The translations under genes were made by a program, and so were the position numbers. A DNA stretch of 63,679 nucleotides, counting the filler, from Octopus bimaculoides (taxonomy: Eukaryota): NCBI RefSeq assembly GCF_001194135.2. It is 5 parts of 4 records of this genome, joined end to end, with 100 filler letters (N's around TTAATTAATTAA, not from the genome) between each part and the next. Parts side by side here need not be neighbours in the genome. Positions count along the whole stretch, not along the records: positions 18,264 to 25,886 come from NC_068981.1; positions 25,987 to 56,017 come from NC_068991.1; 3 more parts are not named here. The stretch is one strand, 5' to 3'. Shown here piece after piece: positions 23,061-37,825 of the stretch. The number at the start of each line of letters is the position of its first letter. Position 1 is the first letter of the stretch. A model generated the notes under the pieces. It worked only from the letters and a program-made list of their open reading frames with translations, had not been told where the DNA came from and did not search any database.

Positions 23061-23569
23061 CAAACCACAAACACCATAATCCCAATAGAGCAAGCAGCAA
23101 AGATGTCACTTTTCTGGATAATGATCTCAGTAACACCGAGAGTGGCAAATAAATAGGAAACTCATTGCCAGCTTATTTTCTTCCCTTCTTCCTCGTTATC
23201 CTCTCTCAATCTCTCTCTTTCTCCCTCTCCTTTTATTTCCCCTCTCTCCCCCTCAATCTATCTATCTCTTCCCATATGTACATGTATAAATGCGTTTCGA
23301 GCTGCATGTATGCAAGCATTGTTAACCATATTCAAGCTAATATATATCCCCCGTATCTCCAATGAAATGAAATCATAAAAAAAATATTCATGTGTACTTA
23401 CTGTATAAAAGTGTTATAAAAGACACTGATATATGCATCCATGTGCAACAGATATGTAGATTTATGCGTCACACATAGAGGCAGCCTCATTTACACGCGT
23501 ATACGTATAATCGTAGGCAACACACGAGTGCGTATACGCAGACATAGAAAAGATAATAGGATAATTAAA

Positions 23570-23604
23570 CACGTGTGTGTGTGTGTATGTGTGTGTGTAT
23601 GCGC

Positions 23605-23640
<36 letters not shown>

Positions 23641-23682
23641 ATGTGTGTGTGTGTGTGTATATATATAATATATATAATATAA

Positions 23683-23729
<47 letters not shown>

Positions 23730-24489
23730 TTTCAATACATTTTCAATATATGCATACATGTGTATGTGCACATATGTGTATATATACATATGTATTTATT
23801 ATATGTATAAATACATATATATATATATATATGTATGTGTGTGTTTACATACATATATATATATATGTGTGTGTGTACATACATATGTTAACAATATTAG
23901 CACAAAGAAACTCACACCACCAGAATGTATCATTAGATCGCTACTTGTTATGTATAGTCGATTGTCGCAACCCCTTTCATTCACATCCGCTTACACATAC
24001 ATATATCCAATTCATCATCTTTATGACGGCGTCAGAAAGAAGAAGATGAGAGGCATTTTTATTTTATTTTATTTCATTTTGTTATTACTCATACTGCAAC
24101 TTTGCTTTTATCTTTGAGACTTCAAACACTATTCGCCTTTGTCATCTCTGTCAATTACAGCCATAATTTTTTCCCCTTAAACTAGATTAAATAGAATATA
24201 ATTGGCTAATATTTCAGACGAAGTAACGCTCGAAAAAGAGAGAAAAGAAAAGAAAAGAAAAGAAAAGAGAGAGAAAAAAGAAAGACTTTAAATACAGAAA
24301 GCGAAAAAGATAATTGTAATGTATAATATTGAATTGCAATGCGCTTGAATGTGTGTGTCTGTTTTTGTGTGTATTTGTGTAGATTGAGTGACGCATGTGT
24401 TTATGTGTTTATTTATGACTGTATGTGTACGTGTGTGTATGGTATACATGTATATAGATTATAAATGTCTGTATATATATATTTGTGTA

Positions 24490-24523
<34 letters not shown>

Positions 24524-24876
24524 NNNNNNNNNNNNNNNNNNNNNNNNNNNNNNNNNNNNNNNNNNNNNNNNNNNNNNNNNNNNNNNNNNNNNNNNNNNNN
24601 NNNNNNNNNNNNNNNNNNNNNNNNNNNNNNNNNNNNNNNNNNNNNNNNNNNNNNNNNNNNNATATATATGTATATATATATGTATATATATATATGTATA
24701 TATGTATATATATGTATATATATATATATGTATGTATGTATATATGTATGTATGTATGCAATGTACGTATGCATGTATGTGTGTATAAAACCATATATTT
24801 ACGCTAAATTTTACAAGCACACACATTCGCAATGCAAATATATATTTCGGTCTACTTCTGTAGTCATACATTCGTA

Positions 24877-24934
<58 letters not shown>

Positions 24935-25180
24935 ATACAACACAAGCATATACACATACATCGTACATTCATACATACATACATGCAGTATTTTCACTTA
25001 TTTCTTTATCAATATCACTTTAAAGATATTTTTTTAATATATTATATATATATATATATATATTCACCCCACTCTTTGTTTCTCTATCCATCTCTCTAGC
25101 TCTATACAAACACACACATACATCGCACTTTTAAATGTTTCTGGCTATACACACATACATACACATACATATATATATAT

Positions 25181-25220
<40 letters not shown>
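23570..25220. repeat. Compound (TA)n/(TG)n/(CA)n/(AG)n microsatellite field
   Basis: Directly visible; source of many spurious YI/HT/CV ORFs. Confidence 0.9.
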
Positions 25221-25229
<9 letters not shown>

Positions 25230-25886
25230 GGGAGAGAGAAATAGAGAGAGACATATATTCATACATCGATTATGTATCCAAATATATATTCAGTAACAAT
25301 TGTATTCATTGTAGACGTACAGAAGGGAGTGCTCTTGTGTTGCTTTTCACAGAATATCTTTTATCAAAGCATTTTGGTTTTAAATAAAACTCCACACACA
25401 CACACATATATACATATATATATATATATGTAATTTCTTAATCCACCGCATTAGCATTGCATTCCTTCTCACATTTTAATAGCCAGTTTTTCAGAACTCA
25501 CAGCGATATATAAAGCAGGCGTTTCCCAATATCGTTATCTCTATTTTTGAAGTTTTATTTTTCATACTGATCGTCAAAATGCAGTGTCTTCCTATTTAAG
25601 ACGAAATCGATGTCTTTCAGGAATGTTGGGCAGTAAAAGTAAATTGTTTAGAAGCTAACCCAGTTCTTTAACCAGTATATTTAATGGAGTCATTAAAAAT
25701 ATATTTGATAAAATAGTGATCATTTTCTATTGATTTGTTTGCAATAACAAAGTTGAAAGATTTTTCGAAGAGACAGAAAAAACATGGAAAATAATCTGAT
25801 GATGTTTTCGAATTTATGTTTGCATGATATGGCTTGTTAAATCTTCTGTCATTTTTATTTATTAAGTTAACACCATAACTCATAGT

Positions 25887-25986
25887 NNNNNNNNNNNNNN
25901 NNNNNNNNNNNNNNNNNNNNNNNNNNNNNNTTAATTAATTAANNNNNNNNNNNNNNNNNNNNNNNNNNNNNNNNNNNNNNNNNNNN
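25887..25986. other. Synthetic assembly linker N44-TTAATTAATTAA-N44
   Basis: Same 100-bp construct. Confidence 0.95.
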
Positions 25987-26379
25987 GTGGTGACGGTGGT
26001 GGTGATGCTGGTGGTGGTGGTGATGGTGATGGTGATGCTGGTGGTGGTGTTGATGGTGATGGTGATGCTGGTGGTGGTGGTAGTGGTGATGGTGGTAGTG
26101 GTGGTGGTGGAGATGGTGTTGGTAGTGGTGGTGGCAGTATTGGTGGTGGTGGTGGTTATGATCCTATTGACCGTGCTGCAATGTTCTCTCTGTGTTCATT
26201 ATTGTTATCACAACTACAGTAGCTGCAGTTATTGCCACGGAAGCTGCAGCCTCTTGCAATTCCCACTGTTGCTATTAGTCGCCATATTAGTGCTGTACAT
26301 TTTCACACCTTAGAGGCATACTTCTGCTGTAAAACATGTGGTTCTCGTCGTTATTGTCGTCCACACACACACACAAACA

Positions 26380-26418
<39 letters not shown>

Positions 26419-27300
26419 ACACACACACACGTACTTATACACATACACATACGCACACATGCACGCACACAGACACAGACACACATACGTGCATATTTTT
26501 CAAAAGCCTGGTACTTATACACACACATATACACACACATGCTCACTGTCAGACACATACGTACACACCAACACACTCGCACACACGCACATACACATGC
26601 ACAGACACACACACATACATACACACACATGCATACATACATACATACATACATACAAAAGACACAAACACAAAACGCGCACACACGCACAAACACACAC
26701 GCATGCGCACACACGTACATGTTTAAACCTAGAGATGCACAATAGTATTTTATCTTTCAATTCAAATATTTAAATTCAGTAAAGCAGGGACCCCAACCTC
26801 CTTAATGATTGCCGATCTGCTAAAAATAGCAGTCGAATTTCTTTTAAACTCGCTCACTCCTCTTTTGAAGAAGGAAAAAATACATTAGAAAATATGATCT
26901 TCGAAATGTTATGCTTAAATGTCAAGATGCTCAGAGCGAGAAGGTGTTCGATACGGTTCAATAAATAAATCAACCACACCACGATCAATCATTCGATAAA
27001 TCCATCACCCTATGTATGTATGAATGTATGAATGTATTGGTGTATGTATGTATGTATGTATGTATGTAATATGTATCTATATGTGTATGTATGTATGTAC
27101 GCATGCATGTAGTTATGTATTTATGCATGTAGTTATGTATGAATGTATATATGCATGCATGATTGTATATATGTATGTATATATGTATGTATGTATACAT
27201 GCATGCGTGTATGTATGTATGTGTGTGTATGTATGTATGTATGTATGTATGTATGTATGTATGTATCTGTCTGTCTGTCTGTCTGTCTGTCTGCCTACCT
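25987..27300. repeat. (GGT)n, (CA)n and (TATG)n microsatellite field
   Basis: Directly visible. Confidence 0.9.
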
Positions 27301-27962
27301 ATCTATCAGCTACTTTAACTAACTGAAATATCTGCATGCGAATGTCTTTGGGTGTACGTAAATATTGAAATAAAGTGTATATGTGTATACACATNNNNNN
27401 NNNNNNNNNNNNNNNNNNNNNNNNNNNNNNNNNNNNNNNNNNNNNNNNNNNNNNNNNNNNNNNNNNNNNNNNNNNNNNNNNNNNNNNNNNNNNNNNNNNN
27501 NNNNNNNNNNNNNNNNNNNNNNNNNNNNNNNNNNNNNNNNNNNNNNNNNNNNNNNNNNNNNNNNNNNNNNNNNNNNNNNNNNNNNNNNNNNNNNNNNNNN
27601 NNNNNNNNNNNNNNNNNNNNNNNNNNNNNNNNNNNNNNNNNNNNNNNNNNNNNNNNNNNNNNNNNNNNNNNNNNNNNNNNNNNNNNNNNNNNNNNNNNNN
27701 NNNNNNNNNNNNNNNNNNNNNNNNNNNNNNNNNNNNNNNNNNNNNNNNNNNNNNNNNNNNNNNNNNNNNNNNNNNNNNNNNNNNNNNNNNNNNNNNNNNN
27801 NNNNNNNNNNNNNNNNNNNNNNNNNNNNNNNNNNNNNNNNNNNNNNNNNNNNNNNNNNNNNNNNNNNNNNNNNNATATGTATATATATATATATGTATAT
27901 ATATATATGTATCTATATATGCATATACATATACACATACATGTTTACGCAGACGCACAGGC

Positions 27963-27993
<31 letters not shown>

Positions 27994-28318
27994 CACACCT
28001 ATAAATATGTATAAAGATAAGTCAGCAAACGAAAGAAATTAGCTGTCAACGCGTTGCGGAAATTAAATTTATTTATTAACAGTTTGACTCACCCTCGCAT
28101 TACTTAAAGTTTCACATTCTTACGTATGCATACAAACACATTTGTATACATACATATGTATAAATGCGTGTATATGTGTGTGTATATGTATATATGCGTG
28201 TATGTATCTCTCCCGTTGTCTATCTATCTATTTATCTATCTATATGCTTACAAATATGGTTGTTTGTAATCATATTCGAACTACAATATACTTAGGGAAC
28301 AAATATGTTCCCTGATTC

Positions 28319-28385
<67 letters not shown>

Positions 28386-28511
28386 AGAAAAACTTCACAA
28401 AAAAATTTCATATTCTATTCATAGGCCTACTGTAAACCTGGGCCTAAAATGTTTAACATATCGTAGCAAATATCCACACTTGGTTCGCTGTATAGAAACT
28501 CTTCCCTTTAT

Positions 28512-28875
28512 TGTTGTTGGCACTCCGTCGGTGACGACGACGAGGGTTCCAGTTGATCTGATCAACGAAATAGCCTGCTCGTGAAATTACACAGACACGT
28601 GTAACTTTAACGTAGTTCTCGGGGAGATTCAGCGTGACACAGAGTGTAACAAAGGCTGGCCCTTTGAAAAACAGGCACAACAGAAACAGGAAGTAAGAGT
28701 GAGAGAAATTTGTGGTGAAAGAGTACAGCAGGGTTCACCACCACCTCCTGTCGGAGCCTCGTGGAGCTTCAGGTGTTTTCGCTCAATAAACACTCACAAC
28801 GCCCGGTCTAGGAATCGAAACCGCGATCCTAAGACCGCGATTCCGCTGACCTAACCAATGGCCATTGCACCTCCA
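28512..28875 (-). mobile_element. Family 3 SINE with imperfect TSD
   Basis: Same family as 4885-5271; flanks ACTCTTCCCTTTAT (28498-28511) / ACTCTTTCCCTTCAT (28875-28889). Confidence 0.9.
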
Positions 28876-29530
28876 CTCTTTCCCTTCATAAGATATAAAC
28901 AAAGACCGTGTTCGTATTTATCAGCAATAAGTTTAGCATGCTTTGCCTGAAAGCAACGGGAATCTTCGAAGTAGCCCTACATACGTTTTATTTATTTATT
29001 CATAACTTTTACAAATGATTAATTTTCATTTTGCAGTCTAATTGGAATAGTTATCCATGCCTTCTTGTCAACAAGGATACTGCTATGGAATTGCTTCACC
29101 TGTCTGTTAGAAAAATCCCCAGAAATAGATAAATCCCCCAGACATCTCTGGCTAGAGACCGTGCTCATCTAAGATTTTTGCCTTGATTACTGAGGGACAC
29201 ATTGATTTGTATTCTTAGCTATAGTCTGATTGGAAATCAAATGATAGAATGATGATGGTCTGTAACGTTTACGATAATATTTATGCATATACGATAATAG
29301 GACTGGAGAGGAGAGCAGTGAAACGTCAGTGAGAGCAAAAACATTTAAAATCTATGACTATTTCGGTCCAACAAAGAAGCCAGTCTGTTTGTTAGAATTG
29401 ACGGTCGAACCTCTCTCAAAGCACACCTTACAGTAGAACAGATTGGATAATATGGTGTTGGATGCAATATATCCAACACCATAAAAACAAAAAACGAAGA
29501 CGGGTGTGTTAGTTTAACGCTCGGGAAGGT

Positions 29531-29560
29531 CTTTTACGTTTCGAGCCTAGGCTCTTCATC

Positions 29561-29562
<2 letters not shown>
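29531..29562 (-). ncRNA. Minimal hammerhead motif, 5'-truncated
   Basis: ATGATGA-A-GAGCC-TA-GGCTC-GAAA-C-GTA-AAAG; C3 and the 5' strand of stem I are lost next to a TA repeat. Confidence 0.6.
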
Positions 29563-29606
<44 letters not shown>

Positions 29607-30507
29607 NNNNNNNNNNNNNNNNNNNNNNNNNNNNNNNNNNNNNNNNNNNNNNNNNNNNNNNNNNNNNNNNNNNNNNNNNNNNNNNNNNNNNNNNNNNNNN
29701 NNNNNNNNNNNNNNNNNNNNNNNNNNNNNNNNNNNNNNNNNNNNNNNNNNNNNNNNNNNNNNNNNNNNNNNNNNNNNNNNNNNNNNNNNNNNNNNNNNNN
29801 NNNNNNNNNNNNNNNNNNNNNNNNNNNNNNNNNNNNNNNNNNNNNNNNNNNNNNNNNNNNNNNNNNNNNNNNNNNNNNNNNNNNNNNNNNNNNNNNNNNN
29901 NNNNNNNNNNNNNNNNNNNNNNNNNNNNNNNNNNNNNNNNNNNNNNNNNNNNNNNNNNNNNNNNNNNNNNNNNNNNNNNNNNNNNNNNNNNNNNNNNNNN
30001 NNNNNNNNNNNNNNNNNNNNNNNNNNNNNNNNNNNNNNNNNNNNNNNNNNNNNNNNNNNNNNNNNNNNNNNNNNNNNNNNNNNNNNNNNNNNNNNNNNNN
30101 NNNNNNNNNNNNNNNNNNNNNNNNNNNNNNNNNNNNNNNNNNNNNNNNNNNNNNNNNNNNNNNNNNNNNNNNNNNNNNNNNNNNNNNNNNNNNNNNNNNN
30201 NNNNNNNNNNNNNNNNNNNNNNNNNNNNNNNNNNNNNNNNNNNNNNNNNNNNNNNNNNNNNNNNNNNNNNNNNNNNNNNNNNNNNNNNNNNNNNNNNNNN
30301 NNNNNNNNNNNNNNNNNNNNNNNNNNNNNNNNNNNNNNNNNNNNNNNNNNNNNNNNNNNNNNNNNNNNNNNNNNNNNNNNNNNNNNNNNNNNNNNNNNNN
30401 NNNNNNNNNNNNNNNNNNNNNNNNNNNNNNNNNNNNNNNNNNNNNNNNNNNNNNNNNNNNNNNNNNNNNNNNNNNNNNNNNNNNNNNNNNNNNNNNNNNN
30501 NNNNNNN

Positions 30508-30563
<56 letters not shown>

Positions 30564-30824
30564 GTATGTATACATACACACACACACATATACACTCATA
30601 TGCAATATGCATATACAGATAGATAGATAGATAGATAAAAATATATATATATATATAGATAGATAGATTGACAGATATGTAGATAGATAGATAGATAGAT
30701 TCATGGAAACATGGATGGATGGATAAATAGATAGATATGTGGATACAAAGATAGATAGATAGAGCAATATAGAGCGAACGAGAGAGAAAGTGAGAGAGAG
30801 AGTCGAGAGAGAGAGAGAGTCGAG

Positions 30825-30901
<77 letters not shown>

Positions 30902-31707
30902 CAGGAAGACAGAAGGTAGACTGTGTGTGCTATACACCACGATCTTCATGTTACAGCTCTGTTGTACAATCATATTCTCTCCTATGATCGTATACAAGTA
31001 TCTTACCGTTTTTCTCACATATTGGATTAGAGAAATGATTAAGATAAAGATTAATGAACGAAAGATTAAAAAAAAAATTATTTCTTTTGATTGTTCTTAT
31101 TAATTAGTAAAAAAAATGATCAGGATCTACAGCAGTTACATGCAAACTCGTCCATAGACGTCTACGTATAGGTTTCGGTGTGTGAGTGTGTATGTGTATG
31201 TGTGTGTTTGTGTTTTTGCCTATCTGTGTCTATGTGTGTATATTTGTGTATTTTATATGTCCGTGTATACATTCTCGAATACAAAAAATGTATATTGATA
31301 CATATATAAATTGTAATTACCATCTTGTTTTGATTAAGCTTTACAATTAACGCAAAATAAAAGAAAAAAAGTTTCTACTCTAAACCGCATACACATTCAG
31401 AATTGCACGTGCGTATGTGTGTGTGTGTATATATATATACATACATACACACACACATATATATATATATATATGCATGTGTGTGTGTATTTATATATAT
31501 ATAATATATCGTTTATATGTATATGTGTATATAGGGATATATGCATAATAGACAAAAATGTATACATGTACATATGTATATATATGTATATATATATGTA
31601 TATATATACATATGTATATTATATATATATACATGCATAGGTGTGTATTTATCGTTATATATATCTGCCTGTTATATATATATATATATATAATTTATAT
31701 CCATATA

Positions 31708-31778
<71 letters not shown>

Positions 31779-32161
31779 TTTTAGGTTATACATATCTGTG
31801 TCTGTTAACATACGTATTTATGTATATCTATGCGTATATATTGATATTAGATGCGTATATTTGCGTACTTACGTGCATATACCGCTTCATGTTTACATTA
31901 AATAATTATCGAAAATAAATCCGGATAAAATAATTTTAATACACGAAAAATAACGAAACACAAAAATAAAGAGGTAAAAATAAAAAAAAAAAAGCAGCAA
32001 GAGAGAATCGAAATGGTGAACTAAAATACTCTGGAAATGCTGGAAGGATAAAACAATCAGTGAAAGATTTCTGAAGTTTGAAAAATGTGATTCGTTTAAA
32101 AAGTATTTAAGCTAAAGAATAATAGAAGCTGCACAGAAATGTATTAATTCCACACACACAC

Positions 32162-32197
<36 letters not shown>

Positions 32198-32313
32198 GCA
32201 CGCATCATGCACACACTCGCACGCATACACACACGCACGTGTACACATACTTAGATAAGTACATATATAGACACATACATCTATATATATGTATATAGCA
32301 TATATATTTCAGG

Positions 32314-32372
<59 letters not shown>

Positions 32373-32571
32373 ATATATATATATATATACATATATATGT
32401 ATATATATGTATATATATATAAATATATATGTTTTTATACACACACACAAACATATATATACATACATATATAAATATATATATACATATATATCTATAT
32501 GCACATATATACATATATATATATATGTATGTACACACACTCAAACACAAATATAACTATATATATCTATG

Positions 32572-32620
<49 letters not shown>

Positions 32621-33158
32621 GCGTATATATATACACACTCACACACTAATACAACCATATATATATATATACATTCTCTATACAAACATCTGTATTCTCT
32701 ATCATTATTAGGCAGTATTAAATTTGCTCTACGTGCATATGCATAGTACTTAATGCATGTGCATGTGTGCATGCTTGTGTGTATATATATGCTTGTGTGT
32801 ATGTGTGCGTGTTTGTGTGTGTATCGTGTTGGGTGGGTGTTGTGTGTTTGTAATCGTCTTTATCTCTGGATGTGTAATAAATAGTGTATATTTGTGTAAC
32901 AGATAAATAAATGTCTTTGTGATACTCAATATTCTTCGCGAAAAATATATAAACGCTATATTTTAATCAATAATTCTTCCGTAGGAGGTATGTGACGTTA
33001 ATTTCAAAATTAAAATATTTTATAATTATGTGCACATTACTATGTTGTATATGCGTGCACATATATACATTCATGAATATATGTGTGTGTTTGTGTGTGT
33101 GTGTGTGTGTTTGTGTATGTGTGTGTGTGTGTGTGTATATGTCTAAATATACATTTGT

Positions 33159-33201
<43 letters not shown>

Positions 33202-33999
33202 NNNNNNNNNNNNNNNNNNNNNNNNNNNNNNNNNNNNNNNNNNNNNNNNNNNNNNNNNNNNNNNNNNNNNNNNNNNNNNNNNNNNNNNNNNNNNNNNNNN
33301 NNNNNNNNNNNNNNNNNNNNNNNNNNNNNNNNNNNNNNNNNNNNNNNNNNNNNNNNNNNNNNNNNNNNNNNNNNNNNNNNNNNNNNNNNNNNNNNNNNNN
33401 NNNNNNNNNNNNNNNNNNNNNNNNNNNNNNNNNAATAGCACCTAAAACTCCACATACATGCACTCTCTCTCTCTCTCACACACGCATATTTCTTTTCTTA
33501 AGTGTATTTTCTATTCACCTTGATAGATTATTTAAATTATGGATCCTAACGGTTTGTTTTTGAATTTATCCTACTCTTTTCCTTGTCTTCTTATTTCAGT
33601 AATTGAACTGCGGCCATGCTGGAGCGCCGCTTTTATTGATATTGACGAAAAGTATCTGATGCACCACTTAAGTACTAGGCTTACAAAGAATAAGTCCTGG
33701 GGTCGGTTTACTCGACTAAATGCGGTGCTCCAGCATGGCCGCAGTCAAATGACTGAAACAAGTAAAAGAGAGGAAAACTGAAAAAAATTAAACATCTGAT
33801 AATATTTTTATAGCATATCACACCATGCCTAATTGAGGAGGCCAAACATCAACAATGTGTTGAAGTACTGAATCAAAAGGATCTAACATTATTAATCCAG
33901 TCTCTTGTCGCCACAAACTCAATTTTTTAGTGGGGAGATAACCCAAATTTTTAATGGCAATTTTTTTTAACAAGGGTGAGATAACCAAAAAAGAAGTGG

Positions 34000-34503
34000 T
34001 TTCTTTTGCCGAACCACCAAGTTACGGGAACTGTTGCCAAGCAGTGGTGGGGAACAAAGGCAGACACAAACACAAACACACACACACATCTACGACGGGA
34101 TTCTTTCAGTTTCTTACTTCTTTATTGCCCACAAGGGGTTAAACATAGAGGGGACAAACAAAGACAGACAAATGGATTAAAACGATTACATCGACTCCAG
34201 TGCGTAACTGGTACTTAATTTATCGACCCCGAAAGGATGAAAGGCCAAGTTGACCTCGGTGGAATTTGAACTCAGAACGTAGTGGCAGACGAAATACTGC
34301 TAAGCATTTCGTCCGGCGTGCTAACAGTTCTGCCAGCTCGCCGCCTAATTCTTTCAGTTTCTGCCCACCAGACCTACTCACATGACTTTGATTGGCTCGA
34401 GGTTATAGTAGAAGACACTTGCTCAAGGTGTCAAGCAGCGGGATTGAACCCAGAATCATGTGGTTAGGGAGAAAATCTCATACCACACGACCATACCTCC
34501 GCC
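34000..34503 (-). mobile_element. Family 2 SINE hosting a family 1 SINE (34115-34348) with perfect 14-bp TSD
   Basis: TTCTTTCAGTTTCT at 34101-34114 and 34349-34362. Confidence 0.9.
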
Positions 34504-35401
34504 TGTAGGTACACTATTCAAAAACAAATACAAGTCATTTGATTATTCTCATACATTTTCTACTCTATTCTGCCCACAGCGCTTGGGAATAGCTCGAAAC
34601 AACAGTGAAACATAGCCAAGATATAAGGCCGAGAATATGAACTCATATTTACATGAATAGAGAACTTCTTAACTACATTGCCATGAGTACTTATCGGGAA
34701 TGAAGTTTTTTTTCTTTCAACAGAAAGGCAGCCGTCCCAACCATGATGATTCTTCCTTAGAAAAGCCGTCAATAGCTTAAAAAAACACCTGTAAAAAGGA
34801 CTTGAATATATTGACAATGGGTCAGTGAGCGTTGTAAAGGTCAGTGTGCTGATAGGACCTGGCTAATAAACAATTGATGTACTAAGTGACCACCACGTCA
34901 CCTACAAAATAATCGGACGCTGCTCACCTAGTTTTCTTTACGTATGTATGTATGTATGTGTGTATATGTACTCTGTTGTGTAGTTCATGTCAAAAGCGCA
35001 AGTGCTATTGTTGGCTGGCAAGGTTGTGAGTTCAAGAGGCCTAGTGTTCGGTCATATAGTTTTTACTTTTTTAGTTTCTGTTTCTGTTGAGAAGATAGTT
35101 TGTATGCAATAAGTTGGTCTGGCTGTTGACTGAAATAATATAAATAATAATGAAAGCCTGAGAAATATACGAAGATATGACTATAGGCATACATGTAAGT
35201 ATATATAGATATATATACATGCATGCATGCAAACACACATACGTTTATTGATATATATATCCCTATGTATATATACATACATGAATTTAATGCGTATTTA
35301 TATATTCATATATATGAGTATATATTTGTATATGAAGATACGTACATACATAAACGTGTACATGTGTATGTATGTATATATATATATATATATATGTGTG
35401 C

Positions 35402-35463
<62 letters not shown>

Positions 35464-35545
35464 TTATGTATACACACACACATATATGTATGTACTTATA
35501 TTCATAAACAATTGTGCTGATGAGGAAAAACGGATCCATAGCAGG

Positions 35546-35921
35546 AAGGCGGTGAGCTGGCAGAATTGTTAGCGCGCCGGACGAAATGCCTAGCAGCATT
35601 TCGTCTATCTTTACGTTCTGAGTTCAATTTCCGTCGAGGTCGACTTTGCCTTTCATCCTTACGGGGTCGATAAAATAAGTACCAATGACGCACTGGGGTC
35701 GATCTTATCGACTAGCCCCCTCTCCCCCCCCCCGAATTTCGGGCCTTGTGCCTAGAGCAGAATAAAATTTCTTTTCTGACTTCAGTTTCCGCCGAGGCCA
35801 GCTTTGCCTTTCATTCTTTTGGGGTCGATAGATTAAATACCAGTTACGTACTGGGGTCGATCTAATCGACTGATCCCCTCCCCGAAAATTTCGAGCCTTG
35901 GGCCTAGAGTAGAAAAGAATT
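35546..35921 (+). mobile_element. Family 1 SINE dimer (full monomer plus 5'-truncated monomer)
   Basis: Two cores with the same tail type; GATCCATA on both flanks. Confidence 0.85.
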
Positions 35922-36344
35922 GATCCATANNNNNNNNNNNNNNNNNNNNNNNNNNNNNNNNNNNNNNNNNNNNNNNNNNNNNNNNNNNNNNNNNNNNNNN
36001 NNNNNNNNNNNNNNNNNNNNNNNNNNNNNNNNNNNNNNNNNNNNNNNNNNNNNNNNNNNNNNNNNNNNNNNNNNNNNNNNNNNNNNNNNNNNNNNNNNNN
36101 NNNNNNNNNNNNNNNNNNNNNNNNNNNNNNNATATACATATATATGTGTATATATAAGTATATATGTGTGTGTGTGTGTCTACATATAGGAGTATTAAAT
36201 CCTGTTGAACGTTATAATTGAGACAAATGTGAGACGTCGGCAGATCGGGGGTAAAGGTGTGAGGAGATGGTAGGTGGAGAATCATAGAAGTAGAGGGAAG
36301 AGAGAAAAGGGGGAAAAGAAAACATGAAGAGGAAAGGTATTAGT

Positions 36345-36411
<67 letters not shown>

Positions 36412-36709
36412 CTACTACTACTACTACTACTGGTAGTAATGGTTGTAGTGATGGTGGTTGTGGTGGTTGTGGCTGTTTTATTGTAAAACAACAGCTATAG
36501 AATACACATTGGTGATACATCTGGTAGTAGTAGTAGTAGTAGTAGTAGTAGCAGCAGCAGTAGTTGTAGTAGTAGTAGGAGGAGTAGTACCAGCAGCAAT
36601 GAGAACCACATCGACGACAGCAACTAAGACGGCAACAACAACAACGAGAACATTTACGATGAACGGCAACATCCAACAACCACTAAACAAATCTGCATCA
36701 AGTATTATA

Positions 36710-37007
36710 CACCTTCTCCTCGACTTACGACCTATACGACTTACGACCATCCGCACTTACGACACAAAAAATAAGGAAATCAAAATGTAGATAAATAAAT
36801 AAAAAATCGGTTTTCAGACGTTGGGCAGCTGTGCGTACGATAACTATGACAGCATCTGGCAACGCAGGCCTCACACCCAGTCTCTCCCTCAGTCGCTTTC
36901 AAGCATAAGTTGCATTTGAATGAAAATAGTGTTGAAAAATATAAATCCGACATACGACCAGTTCGACTATCAGTCGGAACGGAACTCGTTCGTAAGTCGA
37001 GGAGGTG
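36710..37007. mobile_element. pogo/Tigger-like MITE with TA TSD
   Basis: TA|CACC(TTC)TCCTCGACTTACGAC ... TTCGTAAGTCGAGGAGGTG|TA; internal GACTTACGAC sub-repeats. Confidence 0.85.
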
Positions 37008-37587
37008 TATCTACTTCACCTTGTTTTGGACACTTAGCACTGGATGATGTTATTTAAAGGCATATTTGGGGCACCGGCGTGGTATACAGCGTGTATTAAG
37101 CACTTTTAAAACTTGGTGGAACTCATCCTTCGAGTTTGACTACAGCGGATGTTTTCCAGAAAGAGAGAGAGAGGGAGAAAGAGAGGAGAAAAAGAGAGAG
37201 GAGAAAGAGAGAGATATGGGGAATTGGAAAAGAGAAAGAAAAAAGGGACAGGTGTGAAATCGATCATTATATTTGATTAGTAATTTGTTTATCGATTCCA
37301 TTACTTAACAGGCATTTTATCGACATTGAAAGGATAAAAGATAAAATTGACTTTGGCTGGATTTGAACCTACAGCATAAAACATTTCACCTAACGCTTGA
37401 ACGACTCCGCCAGTTCGCCACCTGGAAATCACGTTACCCAATACGACTTAAATTGTAATGAGCCCTCTAAATAAAGTAGAAATAAACAGACTATTCCTTA
37501 ATAATTAACGAGATGGACAGGATTGGGTTGTCTTTGATTATGTAACTGCGTAATTAGGTTTGATGCACACAACGGAAGGGATCAAGA

Positions 37588-37825
37588 GTAAGGTGGCGAG
37601 CTGGCAGGAACGTTAGCACGCCGGGCGATATACTTAGCGGTATTTCGTCTGCCGTTACGTTCTGAGTTCAAATTCCGCCGAGGTCGACTTTGCCTTTCAT
37701 CCTTTCGGGGTCGATAAATTAAGTACCAGTTACGCACTGGGGTCGATGTAATCGACTTAGTCCCTTTGTCTGTCCTTGTTTGTCCCCTCTGTGTGTAGCC
37801 CTTTGTGGGCAGTAAAGAAATAAGA
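37588..37825 (+). mobile_element. Young family 1 SINE, CpG-intact, tail type ii
   Basis: Near-consensus head, core CCGCCGAGGTCGACTTTGCC and CCCTTTGTCTGTCC...AAAGAAATAAG tail. Confidence 0.9.
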
